Below are positions 28,480-38,640 of a stretch of 64,000 nt of DNA, one piece after another; position 1 is the stretch's first letter, and each line of letters opens with the position of its first letter. Under the pieces are notes generated by a model, which saw only the letters and a program-made list of their open reading frames with translations, searched no databases and was not told where the DNA came from. The DNA comes from Aquificaceae bacterium (GTDB taxonomy: Bacteria; Aquificota; Aquificia; Aquificales; Aquificaceae). The DNA lies in the NCBI GenBank assembly GCA_037925075.1, contig JAXSNR010000002.1, forward strand, positions 96,001 through 160,000, in the 5' to 3' direction. The position numbers were made by a program, and so were the translations under genes.

Positions 28480-28660
28480 CCCAGTATATAAGCGTGGCGG
28501 TAAACAGAAGAAGTGTAAGGGCTATAGAAAAGGGATAAGCAAGGGTCTTATTTACCCTTAGGGTTGTATCAAGAAGGAAGAGAAAAAGAAGATAAAAGCC
28601 ATAGACAACAAGCACAAAGGAGAGGGCTTGAAATAGGTAGTGTTTTAGCTTTGAAAACAT
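28454..28660 (-). CDS. Small 2-TM hypothetical protein
   Basis: Abuts the stop of the HDAC gene; two hydrophobic helices. Confidence 0.6.
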   Translation of the reverse strand: MFSKLKHYLFQALSFVLVVYGFYLLFLFLLDTTLRVNKTLAYPFSIALTLLLFTATLIYWVKKKRLPL

Positions 28661-29590
28661 CTAAGCCTCCAGCATTTTTTGTAGGGTGAGGCTAACGCAC
28701 TCTGATAGAGCTTTTAGATTGTAGCCTCCTTCAAGAGCAAAAAGCACTGGCACTGAAAGCCTTTTGGCACTCTGAAGAAGGTTTTCCACAAGCCTACCAA
28801 AGCCTTCGGTAGATAGGTTAAGGTATGTAAGGGGGTCATCCCTGTGGGCGTCGTAGCCCGCAGAAACAAGAAGAAACTGGGGCGAATACTCGTAAAAGAG
28901 CCTTGGGAAGACCTCTCTGTATATCCTTTCAAACTCAGGATCTCCAGCACCGGCAGGAAGGGGTTCGTTGTGGGTAAAGCCATAGCCTCTGCCCACACCC
29001 CTTTCTTCCGAAGAGCCAGTGCCCGGATAGAAGGGATACTCATGAGAGGAAAAGTAAAAGACCCTGTCCTCTTCGTAAAAACTTCTTTGGGTGCCATTTC
29101 CATGATGGGCGTCAAAATCCACTATGAAGACCCTTTCATAGCCCTTCTGAAGAAGGTAATGGGCACCTATTGCTATGTTGTTAAAAAGGCAAAAGCCCAT
29201 AGCCTTGGCGTACTCCGCATGGTGTCCCGGAGGTCTCACCGCACAAAAGACAGCATCCACTTCTCCCCTCAAAAGCCAATCTATACCCTCAAGCACTCCA
29301 CCTACCGCATACAGAGCCACATGGTAAGACGCAGGAACCGTATAGGTATCTGGGTCAAGATAACCCCCACCCGCGGAACAAAAGTCCGCCACTTCCTGTA
29401 TATAGCTTGGGTCATGGTTGAGTGCTACCTCTTGGGCGGTAGCCCTTCTTGGACTTATATGAACAAGCTCCTTTAAGATTCCTCTTCTTTCAAGCTCCTG
29501 AACTATGGCTATAAGCCTGTCCTTGTTTTCTGGATGCCCCTTTTGATGATGCTCAAGGTATATGGGATCATAAACAAAGCCTGTTTTCAT
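28661..29590 (-). CDS. Histone deacetylase/AcuC family Zn amidohydrolase
   Basis: HPE, RPPGHHA, GFCLFNN, DFDAHHGNG, SAGYD, LEGGY. Confidence 0.94.
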   Translation of the reverse strand: MKTGFVYDPIYLEHHQKGHPENKDRLIAIVQELERRGILKELVHISPRRATAQEVALNHDPSYIQEVADFCSAGGGYLDPDTYTVPASYHVALYAVGGVLEGIDWLLRGEVDAVFCAVRPPGHHAEYAKAMGFCLFNNIAIGAHYLLQKGYERVFIVDFDAHHGNGTQRSFYEEDRVFYFSSHEYPFYPGTGSSEERGVGRGYGFTHNEPLPAGAGDPEFERIYREVFPRLFYEYSPQFLLVSAGYDAHRDDPLTYLNLSTEGFGRLVENLLQSAKRLSVPVLFALEGGYNLKALSECVSLTLQKMLEA

Positions 29591-29630
29591 GAAGATGATT
29601 ATACTCCAAAAGTGCTATAATCCTTTTCCT

Positions 29631-31334
29631 ATGGATAGGTCAAGGCTTGAAAAACTTCAAGTGTTTAGAGAAAGAAGGGAAGCTTACCCCTACAGGTTTG
29701 AGGTTAGCTCACAGATAGGTGAAATAAGAGAAAGGTACGAAAAGCCCGTTGATGGAAAGGAAGTGGCTGTCAAAGGTGTTGTAAAGAGGTCTTCAAGACT
29801 TGAAGAAGGCTATCTTTTGAGGCTTTCCAGTCCCTCTGGCGTTGAGATACTTGCCATAACGAAAGAGGAGCTAAAGGTAGGGCAGGAATACACTCTTGGG
29901 GGAAAGATTGGCAGGTACGAGGGAAAGCTGTGCTTGTACGATGCCTACTCTTGCGATGGAGATGCCATTGATATAGAAGTGGTAAAGGCAGAATATGACC
30001 TTGACCCAAACTTTCAAGAGGTTTCCCTTGCGGGAAGGCTTTTAACCCTCAGAAGCATGGGAAAAGCCATCTTTGGACATCTTCAGGATGCGACAGGCAG
30101 GATACAGATATACCTAAAAAAGGATGTGTTGGGAGAGGAAGCCTTTAAGGATTTTGAGGAGCTTGTGGATACTGGAGACATACTGGGAGTAAAGGGAAAG
30201 CTCTTTAGGACAAAAACCGGTGAGCTAACCCTTGAGGTAGAAGATTTTAAGATACTCTCAAAGAGCCTCCATCCCATGCCAGAAAAGTGGCATGGAATAA
30301 GGGATGTGGAGGTGCGTTACCGTCAAAGATACCTTGATCTTATTGCCAACGAGGACGCAAGGAAGATATTCCTATTGAGAAGTAAAGTCATACAGGAGCT
30401 AAGAAACTTTTTAAACTCCGAAGGCTTTCTTGAGGTGGAAACGCCCATACTTCAACATATAGCTTCCGGTGCCAACGCAAAGCCCTTTATAACCTACCAC
30501 AACTACCTTGAGCAGAACCTATACCTTAGGATCGCCCCTGAGCTTTATCTAAAAAGGCTTGTAGTAGGTGGCTTTAACAAGGTCTATGAACTTGGCAAGA
30601 ACTTCCGCAACGAGGGAGTGGATACCACACATAACCCAGAATTTACCATGGTGGAGTTTTATGTGGCTTACTGGGACTACAAGGACCTTATGGACTTTAC
30701 CGAAAGGCTACTTTCTCATGTGCTTCTTTCCACCGTAGGAAGCCTTAAACTAACCTACAAGGGCAAACAGCTTGACTTTACACCCCCCTACAAAAGATAC
30801 AGCTACTTTAAGCTTTTGGAGGAAAAAACGGGAAAGGAGAAGGAGTTTTTTCTCAGGGACCTTGAAGGTCTTAGAAGGCTTGCAAAGGATATAGGAGTGC
30901 CAAAGGCGGAGGCCTTGACCCATGCAAAGCTTATTGATAAGGTCTTTGACCTTCTTGTGGAGGATGAGCTTTGGGGTCCCTGTTTTGTGGTGGATTTTCC
31001 CAAGATGCTTTCTCCCCTTGCGAAAACGCACAGAGAAGACCCAGATTTAGTGGAGAGGTTTGAGCTCTTTGTCGCAGGAAAGGAGCTTGCCAACGCATAC
31101 ACGGAGCTAAACGACCCCTTTGAGCAAAGGGAGAGGTTTTTAGAACAGCTCAAAGAGAAGGAAATGGGTGATGAAGAAGCCATGCAGATGGACGAAGACT
31201 TTATAACAGCCCTTGAATACGGTATGCCCCCAACCGCTGGAGAAGGTATAGGTGTGGACAGGCTTGTTATGATACTGGCGGATGTGGATTCCATAAGGGA
31301 GGTTATACTCTTCCCAGCTTTGAGGAGGACATAA
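29631..31334 (+). CDS. lysS: Lysyl-tRNA synthetase class II with extra N-terminal domain
   Basis: RYRQRYLDL, LRIAPELYLK, FRNEG, HNPEF, ANAYTELND, GEGIGVDRL. Confidence 0.97.
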   Translation: MDRSRLEKLQVFRERREAYPYRFEVSSQIGEIRERYEKPVDGKEVAVKGVVKRSSRLEEGYLLRLSSPSGVEILAITKEELKVGQEYTLGGKIGRYEGKLCLYDAYSCDGDAIDIEVVKAEYDLDPNFQEVSLAGRLLTLRSMGKAIFGHLQDATGRIQIYLKKDVLGEEAFKDFEELVDTGDILGVKGKLFRTKTGELTLEVEDFKILSKSLHPMPEKWHGIRDVEVRYRQRYLDLIANEDARKIFLLRSKVIQELRNFLNSEGFLEVETPILQHIASGANAKPFITYHNYLEQNLYLRIAPELYLKRLVVGGFNKVYELGKNFRNEGVDTTHNPEFTMVEFYVAYWDYKDLMDFTERLLSHVLLSTVGSLKLTYKGKQLDFTPPYKRYSYFKLLEEKTGKEKEFFLRDLEGLRRLAKDIGVPKAEALTHAKLIDKVFDLLVEDELWGPCFVVDFPKMLSPLAKTHREDPDLVERFELFVAGKELANAYTELNDPFEQRERFLEQLKEKEMGDEEAMQMDEDFITALEYGMPPTAGEGIGVDRLVMILADVDSIREVILFPALRRT

Positions 31335-32065
31335 TGGAGCTTGAGAAAAAGCCTATAAGAGAATTTACCGCAAGGGTGATAAAGGTGGTTCCTGAAACGC
31401 CAAGCACAAAGACCCTTGTGTTTGATATAAGGCATGTGGATTTTGACTTTTATCCCGGTCAGTATGTGATGCTAAACGTGCCCTTAGAAGGGCAAATTCT
31501 TAAAAGAGCCTATTCCATAGCAAGCCCGCCAACGCAGAAGGAAACCCTTGAGCTAACCATAAAAAAGGTGCCCAACGGAAGAGCTTCCGTGTATCTAACA
31601 GAGAGGGTAAAGGAGGGAGAGGAATTCCTTATAAAAGGTCCTTACGGAAAGTTTGTATGGCTTCCGCAGATGGGTACAAGCTTGGTGCTCATAGGTGCAG
31701 GGAGCGGTATTGTCCCGCTCATGTGCATGTTAAGGTACATAGTCTCCGCAAGACTTGAACATGTAAGGGCAACGCTCCTTTACTCAAACACCCACTACGA
31801 AGAGATCATTTACAGAGAAGAGTTGGAAAGCTTGAATAAACACCCCAACATAAAGGTGGTACATACCCTTACAAGGTCCCATCCTCCAGATTGGAAGGGC
31901 TACACAGGCAGGATAAACCCAGATATGATTCTTAAGGAGTTGGAGGACCTTCCCACAAACCTCTACTATCTTTGCGGACCACCCGCCTTTGTGGAGGATG
32001 TAGCGAGCATGCTTATTGAGCTTGGTGTGGAAAAGGAGCATATAAAGAAGGAAAAGTACGACTAA
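31334..32065 (+). CDS. Ferredoxin-NADP reductase-like FAD/NAD(P) oxidoreductase
   Basis: PGQY, RAYSIAS, GRAS, GPYG, GAGSGIVP, YLCGPP. Confidence 0.9.
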   Translation: MELEKKPIREFTARVIKVVPETPSTKTLVFDIRHVDFDFYPGQYVMLNVPLEGQILKRAYSIASPPTQKETLELTIKKVPNGRASVYLTERVKEGEEFLIKGPYGKFVWLPQMGTSLVLIGAGSGIVPLMCMLRYIVSARLEHVRATLLYSNTHYEEIIYREELESLNKHPNIKVVHTLTRSHPPDWKGYTGRINPDMILKELEDLPTNLYYLCGPPAFVEDVASMLIELGVEKEHIKKEKYD

Positions 32066-32829
32066 GAGACGCCTTCAAGAAGCTTAAGGTTTTTGTAAGC
32101 CCTATCTACGCTCTTCCTGTCGTATAAGCCTCTTAAAAAGTCCTCCAGCATAAGCCTGAGCTTGTCCCTTTTTTCTTCCTTTACAAGCTTTCCCTTTTGA
32201 TAGACTTTTTCCCCTCCAAAATCAAGGATAAGTTCATCATCTATGTTCCATACCCTTCTTGGCTGTGCATGTTCCCATGCGACGCTAAGGCTGAAAGGTA
32301 CCTCTTCCACATAGCCTGTAAGCGTCCATACTCCATCCTTTAAATCAAGTCCTTCAACTACTATGTTTTCAGAGATCCTTTGAAGAAGGTAAAGGTCATG
32401 CCAAGCAAGGTCCCAAAGGGGCGATATATAACCCTTTCCTCTACCAAACCTTTCTATTTTTATAAAGCTTTTAGGTTTTTTCAAAAACTCTACGCATACC
32501 GAATAACTTTCCACCTCTGAGATGTAAAGGGTTTGGTAGTTTTTGATTTTTTCAAATTCCTTGGAGCTTGTCGCTGGAGGCTTCTCAAGAAGAACAGGTA
32601 TGTCCCTTTTTAAGAACTCTTTCGCTATTTTTGTATGCTCTTTTGGGTCCACAGCCACTATAACCGCTTTTAGCTCCTCCTGCACATCACCAAAATGGCA
32701 GTAAAAAGGATGAGGCTTTTTTTCCTTAAGAGGGTCTATATCGCAAAGCACAAGCCTTTCACCAAGTTCTTCCAACTTCCAGAAGTATTTGTTTCCCATA
32801 TTGCCAAGACCCACCAATAAAACATGCAT
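32062..32829 (-). CDS. Gfo/Idh/MocA family oxidoreductase
   Basis: VGLGNMG, LLEKP, DLAWHD. Confidence 0.85.
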   Translation of the reverse strand: MHVLLVGLGNMGNKYFWKLEELGERLVLCDIDPLKEKKPHPFYCHFGDVQEELKAVIVAVDPKEHTKIAKEFLKRDIPVLLEKPPATSSKEFEKIKNYQTLYISEVESYSVCVEFLKKPKSFIKIERFGRGKGYISPLWDLAWHDLYLLQRISENIVVEGLDLKDGVWTLTGYVEEVPFSLSVAWEHAQPRRVWNIDDELILDFGGEKVYQKGKLVKEEKRDKLRLMLEDFLRGLYDRKSVDRAYKNLKLLEGVS

Positions 32830-32921
32830 GTATAGAATTTTAAAAGATTAGCCATAAGCTTATAAGGTTGAAATTTTTTAAAGCTTTCTTAAAATTATGC
32901 TTAAACTCGGGAGGTGAAGCT

Positions 32922-33740
32922 ATGAAGAGGTTATATCTTACCTTAGCATTGTTTGTAGGAATCTCCTTTTCCCAGCAGATAACCATGAAAAGACCCCCCA
33001 AGTCTCTTGATAAGTACTACCCGCCCCAGTCTCAGAAGATGGAGTATCTTTCCAGCATGCATGCCATGAGCACAGCCTTTCATGGCATTAACCTGAACAT
33101 AAATGAAGGCAAGTGGGACAAAGCCCTTGAATGGGCTAACCAATTGAAAAAGGCTTACGAAGACGCTTCAAGAATGGTGCCAGAGTGGAAGGATTACTTT
33201 AAGCCCGCTTTGGCGGATGACCTTGTGAAGGCGGTTCAGTCAAAGAATGCGGATGCGGTAATAAGGGCTTCAAGGGAGCTTGGTCAGACCTGTAGTAAAT
33301 GCCATCAGGACAATCAGGCGGTTGTTAAACTATACTACCACTTTCCAAGGTATGACAAAATAACCCTTGAGGACCCTGTGGAGCTTCAGAATTTAAAGAC
33401 AAAGGACTACATGAAGAAGCTATCGGACTCAATGAAGTCTCTGAGGGTGTTTCTCCTTCAGGGTGAAATTGCCAAAGCAAAGGAGCATGGGAATAACTTT
33501 GTGGAAAGAGCAAAACAGTTAAATACCATGTGCACCAAATGCCATACCTCAAAGGCTTCCATAGAGTCCTTGGCAGGAAGGGAATATATCACAGCCCTTG
33601 ATAATCTTCAAAAGGCTCTTAATGCACCTCAGCCAAATAGAGATGTTATATTTAAACACCTTTCGGAGATAGGTCAGTATTGCTACAGGTGCCACAATGT
33701 GCACCTTATACCCGTGATTGTGCAGAATGCCTTAAAGTGA
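32922..33740 (+). CDS. Periplasmic triheme c-type cytochrome (helical-bundle type)
   Basis: SD GGAGGTG; signal peptide; CSKCH, CTKCH, CYRCH. Confidence 0.88.
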   Translation: MKRLYLTLALFVGISFSQQITMKRPPKSLDKYYPPQSQKMEYLSSMHAMSTAFHGINLNINEGKWDKALEWANQLKKAYEDASRMVPEWKDYFKPALADDLVKAVQSKNADAVIRASRELGQTCSKCHQDNQAVVKLYYHFPRYDKITLEDPVELQNLKTKDYMKKLSDSMKSLRVFLLQGEIAKAKEHGNNFVERAKQLNTMCTKCHTSKASIESLAGREYITALDNLQKALNAPQPNRDVIFKHLSEIGQYCYRCHNVHLIPVIVQNALK

Positions 33741-34451
33741 TGTATCAAGGAAGAGCATAAGCAAAAGACCAAAAAGGAAGGCTATTGTGGACTGGGTATG
33801 CTTGCCCTCCGCGTAGGCTTCTGGAAAGACTTCCTTTGCGGTTATGTAAATCATGGCACCACCACCAAAACCAAGACCCATAGCCAAAAGGCTTCCAAAA
33901 ACCTCAAAGAAGGCATACCCCACTATAGCAAAGAGGGCCTCAAGAAGCCCACTGAGAAAACCAACCCACAGGGGCATAAGCACCTTGCCAGTTATCACCA
34001 TAAGGGGCAGGCTAACCACAAAACCCTCAGGTACATCTTGCAAGGCTATGGCTATGGCGGTTTCAAACCCCTTATTCTCAGAGTATGCGGATGCTATACC
34101 TACGCTAAGACCCTCCGGGATGTTGTGAATTATCACCGCAAGGACTATCAGGTACAGCCTACTTATCTTTTGAGGTGAAAGCCCTTCTGTGCCCTTTAGA
34201 GTGTGCTCATGAGGTACAAGCCCTTCCAAAAGACCCATAAGCACAAAGCCCAGCACTATGCCAGCGGACACCTCATAAAAGCTACCAATTTCCAGTCCCG
34301 GAAGTATAAGGCTTGTGAAGCTTGCAACCAGCATAACGCCCCCGGTGAAAGCTAAGGCAATACCCACACTTAAAAGGGGCCTTCTAAAAATAACCGCAAG
34401 CAAGCTTCCAAGGAAGGTACCCAAAAGAAGAAGTAAGGATAAGGCAAGCAT
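33732..34451 (-). CDS. ZIP (GufA-like) metal transporter
   Basis: GVMLVASF, PHEH, HNIPEG, QDVPEG, KEVFPE. Confidence 0.92.
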   Translation of the reverse strand: MLALSLLLLLGTFLGSLLAVIFRRPLLSVGIALAFTGGVMLVASFTSLILPGLEIGSFYEVSAGIVLGFVLMGLLEGLVPHEHTLKGTEGLSPQKISRLYLIVLAVIIHNIPEGLSVGIASAYSENKGFETAIAIALQDVPEGFVVSLPLMVITGKVLMPLWVGFLSGLLEALFAIVGYAFFEVFGSLLAMGLGFGGGAMIYITAKEVFPEAYAEGKHTQSTIAFLFGLLLMLFLDTSL

Positions 34452-34452
34452 T

Positions 34453-34995
34453 TTACAAAAGCTCAGAAACCCTAAAAAGTGAGTAAACTTCTAGACCTTC
34501 CCTTTGAAGGTTTTCTTTTCCTCCCTCTTCCCTGTCCACCACCGCATAGACGCACAGCACCTCATACCCTTCTCTTTTGCATGCCTGAACCGCCCTTAAG
34601 GCTGAGCTTCCCGTGGTTATCACATCCTCCAACACCACAACCTTATCGCCAGACTCTAAAAGCCCTTCCACCTGCCTGCCAGTGCCGTGAACCTTTGGCT
34701 CCTTTCTGACTACAAAGGGCTTTATGGGGTTTCCTTCAAGGTACGAAACCATGCTTATGGCATAGGCTATAGGGTCCGCACCAAGGGTAAGACCTCCCAC
34801 ACCGTCTGGCTTTAGGTCCTTAAGGGCATCATACAAGATTTTTCCAACTATATACACACCTTCTGGGTCAAAGGTGATCTGCTTTAGGTCTATGTAAAAC
34901 CTGCTTAGCCTTCCGGAAGAAAGTTTAAAAATAGGCTCGTCTGCGACCTTTAAGGACCTTTCCCTTATAAGTGCTTTTAGCCTTTCCCTATCCAT
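34453..34995 (-). CDS. pyrE: Orotate phosphoribosyltransferase
   Basis: FKLSSG, VRKEPK, LEDVITTGSS. Confidence 0.95.
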   Translation of the reverse strand: MDRERLKALIRERSLKVADEPIFKLSSGRLSRFYIDLKQITFDPEGVYIVGKILYDALKDLKPDGVGGLTLGADPIAYAISMVSYLEGNPIKPFVVRKEPKVHGTGRQVEGLLESGDKVVVLEDVITTGSSALRAVQACKREGYEVLCVYAVVDREEGGKENLQREGLEVYSLFRVSELL

Positions 34996-35491
34996 TGGCT
35001 TTTAGCCTTTCCTTTGCGTACTCCATAAGACCGCCGGCCTTTAGGATAGCCATAAGGGTTTCTGGAAACTTGGTAGCTTGGTATTCTTTGCCTGTGGTCA
35101 AGTTTCTTACTATGCCCTTTTCCAAGTCCAGCTCCACCTCATCGCCTTCCCTTATTTCATCCACGGCATCAGGGGCCTCCACTATGGGGAGGCCTATGTT
35201 TATGGCATTGCGGAAAAATATCCTCGCAAAGGATTTGGCAATAACCACGGGCACGCCCGCGTACTTTATGGCTATGGGTGCATGCTCCCTTGAAGAGCCA
35301 GAGCCAAAGTTTCTGCCCGCCACTATAATATCACCCTCCTTGTGCTCCTTGGCAAACTCCGGATGCTCCGAGTCTTCCATCACATGTTGGGCAAGCTCGT
35401 AGGGGTCAGAAGTGTTTAAATATCTGGCGGGTATTATCTGGTCTGTATCCACGTTGTCTCCAAACTTCCAAACCCTTCCTCTCACAACCAT
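34988..35491 (-). CDS. leuD: 3-isopropylmalate dehydratase small subunit
   Basis: DNVDTDQIIP, NFGSGSSREHA, SFARIFFRN. Confidence 0.93.
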   Translation of the reverse strand: MVVRGRVWKFGDNVDTDQIIPARYLNTSDPYELAQHVMEDSEHPEFAKEHKEGDIIVAGRNFGSGSSREHAPIAIKYAGVPVVIAKSFARIFFRNAINIGLPIVEAPDAVDEIREGDEVELDLEKGIVRNLTTGKEYQATKFPETLMAILKAGGLMEYAKERLKANG

Positions 35492-35509
35492 AAGAAGATT
35501 ATAGCACTT

Positions 35510-37801
35510 TCAACCCTTTACCACCACCCTTAAAATCCTGTCTTCTTCAAGCTCCCACCTTTTCCTTGCCCTCTGGTCAAGCCTACTCAGAGGCAGGTCC
35601 TTTTCTTCCATCTTGTCATAGAAAACCTTTCCTTCCGCACTTACAAGCATAAGCTCCACAGAACCTTTTATGGGTACTACATCCACAAGCTTTTCCCTTT
35701 TGGAACCCAACACTTCCACACCCTTTGTGTATCTACTCCTTTGTGGTATCTCTTGAAGAGATACCTTCTTTATACCTCCTTCTTCTGTTATCGCCAAAAG
35801 ATGTTCAGCGTCTTTTAATGCCCTAATGCCCACAACTCTGTCTTCCTTTTCAAGCTTTATACCCTGAACACCCTTTGAACCTACGGTGGCAGGTGGCACC
35901 TCAGCTACAGGAAACCTAAGAACCCTGCCTTTGTATGTGAAAAGAAGAATATCTCCTTCCTCTGGTGCTTGCACCACTTTGACCACGCGGTCCTCTTCGG
36001 AAAACCTTATTATCTGCATGCCCTGAGACTTGTATTCAAAATCCACAAGGGGTATCTTTTTCACATAGCCCTTTTCTGTGGCGAGGAGTATTCTTCCATC
36101 CATTCCAGAGCGTACAAAGGCTCCCACTATCTTTTCCTCAGGCTCTTTGAAAGACACAAGGCTTCCCTTCAAAGCCTGAGAACCCGCTATCCAATAAACC
36201 CTTCCTCGGTCGGAAACCATAAAAAGCCCATCGGTAAAGGGCACATCCAATATGTTGACCACTTCCTCACCCTCTTGTATTTCCTCAAGAGGCACAATCC
36301 TACCCTTTGCATAGACCACCACCGTAAGACTGCCTTCTTCTTGTGTTTGAATTCCTTCTATTAAAGTTTTTCTTGGCGTGATAAAGGCTTTTGAGATTTC
36401 TTGCATTTCCTCTATAAAGACCTTTATCCTTTCCTCTTCCCTTTCTACCAGTTTTGTGTAATACTCTATCTTCTGCCTTAGGTCCTTTTCCTCTTCTTCC
36501 AGCTTGCTTCTTTCAAGGGAGGTTAGCCTTTGAAGCCTCATATCCAGCACCGCGTTTGCCTGAGCTTGAGAAAGCTCATAATTTTTGGTGAGCTTTTCCC
36601 TCGCCTCTTGGATGTCCGCAGAGCTCCTTATGTCCCTTATCACACCGTCAAGGTTCCTAAGAGCTACAAGCAAGCCTTCAACTATGTGGAGCCTTTCTTT
36701 TGCCTTCTGAAGGTAAAAGTTAGACCTTCTTAGGATAACCTCTAGCCTGTGCCTCATAAATTCTTGAAGAAGCGTCTTTATACCAAGGAGCTTTGGCTCA
36801 CCCCTTACCAAGACCACAAAGTTCAGCGGGAAGTTCTTTCTAAGAGAGGTGTACCTATACAACTTCTCCAAAACCTTCTCACCCTTTGCCTCACGCTTTA
36901 GCTCCACCACTATCCTTATACCTTCCTTATCGGATTCGTCCCTTATGTCGGATATCTCCTTTATCCTTCCTTCCCTCACAAGCTCTGCCATGCGTTTTAT
37001 GAGCTCCGCCTTGTTAACCTGATAAGGTAGCTCACTTATCACAATCTGCTCCCTTCCTCCCTGAAGCCTTTCTATATGAGCCTTTGCCCTTATACGCACT
37101 TGACCTCTACCCTTTTCATAAAACTCCACTAACTCTGAATAGTTTTCCACTATACCACCCGTGGGGAAGTCTGGACCCTTTATGTGTTTCATCACCTCCT
37201 CAGTGGTAAGGTTTGGGTTCTTTGCCAGCTCAATAAGAGCTTGACATACCTCCCTTAGGTTATGAGGTGGTACAGAGGTGGCAAGCCCTACAGCTATACC
37301 GCTTGTGCCGTTGCAAAGCAGATTGGGAAACTTGGCGGGTAGGACAGATGGCTCAAGGGTTGAACCGTCAAAGTTGGGCATAAAGTCCACCGTGTTTTTA
37401 TCAATGTCCTCAAGGAGTTTGACCGCATACTTGGAAAGCTTTGCCTCCGTATACCTCATTGCGGCGGGCGGGTCTCCGTCCACCGAGCCAAAGTTCCCCT
37501 GACCTATCACCAGTGGGTAGTTCATGTTAAAGTCCTGAGCCATACGCACAAGAGCTTCATACACCGCTTGATCTCCGTGGGGGTGGTAGTATCCAAGCAC
37601 CGCACCTACAATTCTGGCACTTTTGACGAAGGCCTTTTCTGGATAGAGGTTCATATCGTGCATGGCGTAGAGTATTCTTCTTTGGACGGGCTTTAGGCCA
37701 TCTCTCACGTCGGGTATGGCCCTGCCCACGATAACGGACATGGCATAGTCTATGTAGGACTGTTTTACCTCTTCCTCTATGGGAACTGTAAGGATTTCCA
37801 T
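35510..37801 (-). CDS. gyrA: Type IIA topoisomerase subunit A (GyrA-derived, no canonical GyrA-box)
   Basis: [30 protein letters not shown], beta-pinwheel CTD. Confidence 0.93.
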   Translation of the reverse strand: MEILTVPIEEEVKQSYIDYAMSVIVGRAIPDVRDGLKPVQRRILYAMHDMNLYPEKAFVKSARIVGAVLGYYHPHGDQAVYEALVRMAQDFNMNYPLVIGQGNFGSVDGDPPAAMRYTEAKLSKYAVKLLEDIDKNTVDFMPNFDGSTLEPSVLPAKFPNLLCNGTSGIAVGLATSVPPHNLREVCQALIELAKNPNLTTEEVMKHIKGPDFPTGGIVENYSELVEFYEKGRGQVRIRAKAHIERLQGGREQIVISELPYQVNKAELIKRMAELVREGRIKEISDIRDESDKEGIRIVVELKREAKGEKVLEKLYRYTSLRKNFPLNFVVLVRGEPKLLGIKTLLQEFMRHRLEVILRRSNFYLQKAKERLHIVEGLLVALRNLDGVIRDIRSSADIQEAREKLTKNYELSQAQANAVLDMRLQRLTSLERSKLEEEEKDLRQKIEYYTKLVEREEERIKVFIEEMQEISKAFITPRKTLIEGIQTQEEGSLTVVVYAKGRIVPLEEIQEGEEVVNILDVPFTDGLFMVSDRGRVYWIAGSQALKGSLVSFKEPEEKIVGAFVRSGMDGRILLATEKGYVKKIPLVDFEYKSQGMQIIRFSEEDRVVKVVQAPEEGDILLFTYKGRVLRFPVAEVPPATVGSKGVQGIKLEKEDRVVGIRALKDAEHLLAITEEGGIKKVSLQEIPQRSRYTKGVEVLGSKREKLVDVVPIKGSVELMLVSAEGKVFYDKMEEKDLPLSRLDQRARKRWELEEDRILRVVVKG

Positions 37802-37820
37802 GGGGGTTTAAAATTATACC
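37802..37820. promoter_or_regulatory. 19-bp bidirectional -10 region between divergent start codons
   Basis: CAT-GGGGGTTTAAAATTATACC-ATG: TAAAAT on +, TATAAT/TAATTT on -. Confidence 0.6.
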
Positions 37821-38195
37821 ATGCTTGAAGACTGGTTAAAAAGGCTGAGGGAACTATCCCAAAGGGATGCGGTGCTTGTGGAGGGAAAAAGGGACAGGCA
37901 AGCTCTTCAGAGGTTTGGCATAAAAAACATCTTCACCCTTGAAGGCAAGAGGTTTGCGGACCTTCCAGACCTTCTTGAGGGCTTTGAGAGGGTGGTGCTT
38001 CTTTTTGACCTTGATAAGCATGGGGAGAGGATAAATACGAAGGTTAAAGAAATTTTAAAAAAACAGGGCTATATTTTAATAGAAGACTTCCGAGAGGAGC
38101 TAAGAGGTAGAGGAATAATTTATGTGGAGGACATAGATGGAGAAATCCACAGTCCTAACCCTTCTACTGGTGCAGGACAGGCTCATAAGGCTTAA
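37821..38195 (+). CDS. Stand-alone TOPRIM domain protein
   Basis: VLVEGKRD and LFDLDKHG. Confidence 0.88.
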   Translation: MLEDWLKRLRELSQRDAVLVEGKRDRQALQRFGIKNIFTLEGKRFADLPDLLEGFERVVLLFDLDKHGERINTKVKEILKKQGYILIEDFREELRGRGIIYVEDIDGEIHSPNPSTGAGQAHKA

Positions 38196-38640
38196 TATGC
38201 AGATGTTAGAAGGCATTCTCAAAGAAATAAAAGCTGACGTGGAAGAGTTGAGCCTTCTTGCTGAGGCATGCCTTTCTGAAGAGGAATACCAAAGATATAA
38301 GAAGGTGGTCCTCAAGGTGGAAGCCGACCTTCTAAGCAAGATATCGGAGGTGGTGGACCACATATACGACATATACGAGGTTTTCAACTTTGACATAACC
38401 TTTTTATCCACACTGCCGGAAGAACTGGGTAGAGAGATAGAAAGGCTCGATGCGATAAACTCCATAAACTCCAAGCTTGAGTTTATAATTGCTATGTTTG
38501 AAGAAATCCTGCTCTTGGCAGAGGAAAGCCCAAAGATGTTTGCCATACTTACACCTTTTAGAGTTTACAGAGAGGTAATAAAACAGAGCCTTGAGTTTAA
38601 CAGAAGGCTTAATGGAATCAGTCTTCAGAAGATTGGATAA
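38137..38640 (+). CDS. Hypothetical acidic all-helical protein
   Basis: 167-aa ORF with GGAGG upstream. Confidence 0.7.
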   Translation: MEKSTVLTLLLVQDRLIRLNMQMLEGILKEIKADVEELSLLAEACLSEEEYQRYKKVVLKVEADLLSKISEVVDHIYDIYEVFNFDITFLSTLPEELGREIERLDAINSINSKLEFIIAMFEEILLLAEESPKMFAILTPFRVYREVIKQSLEFNRRLNGISLQKIG

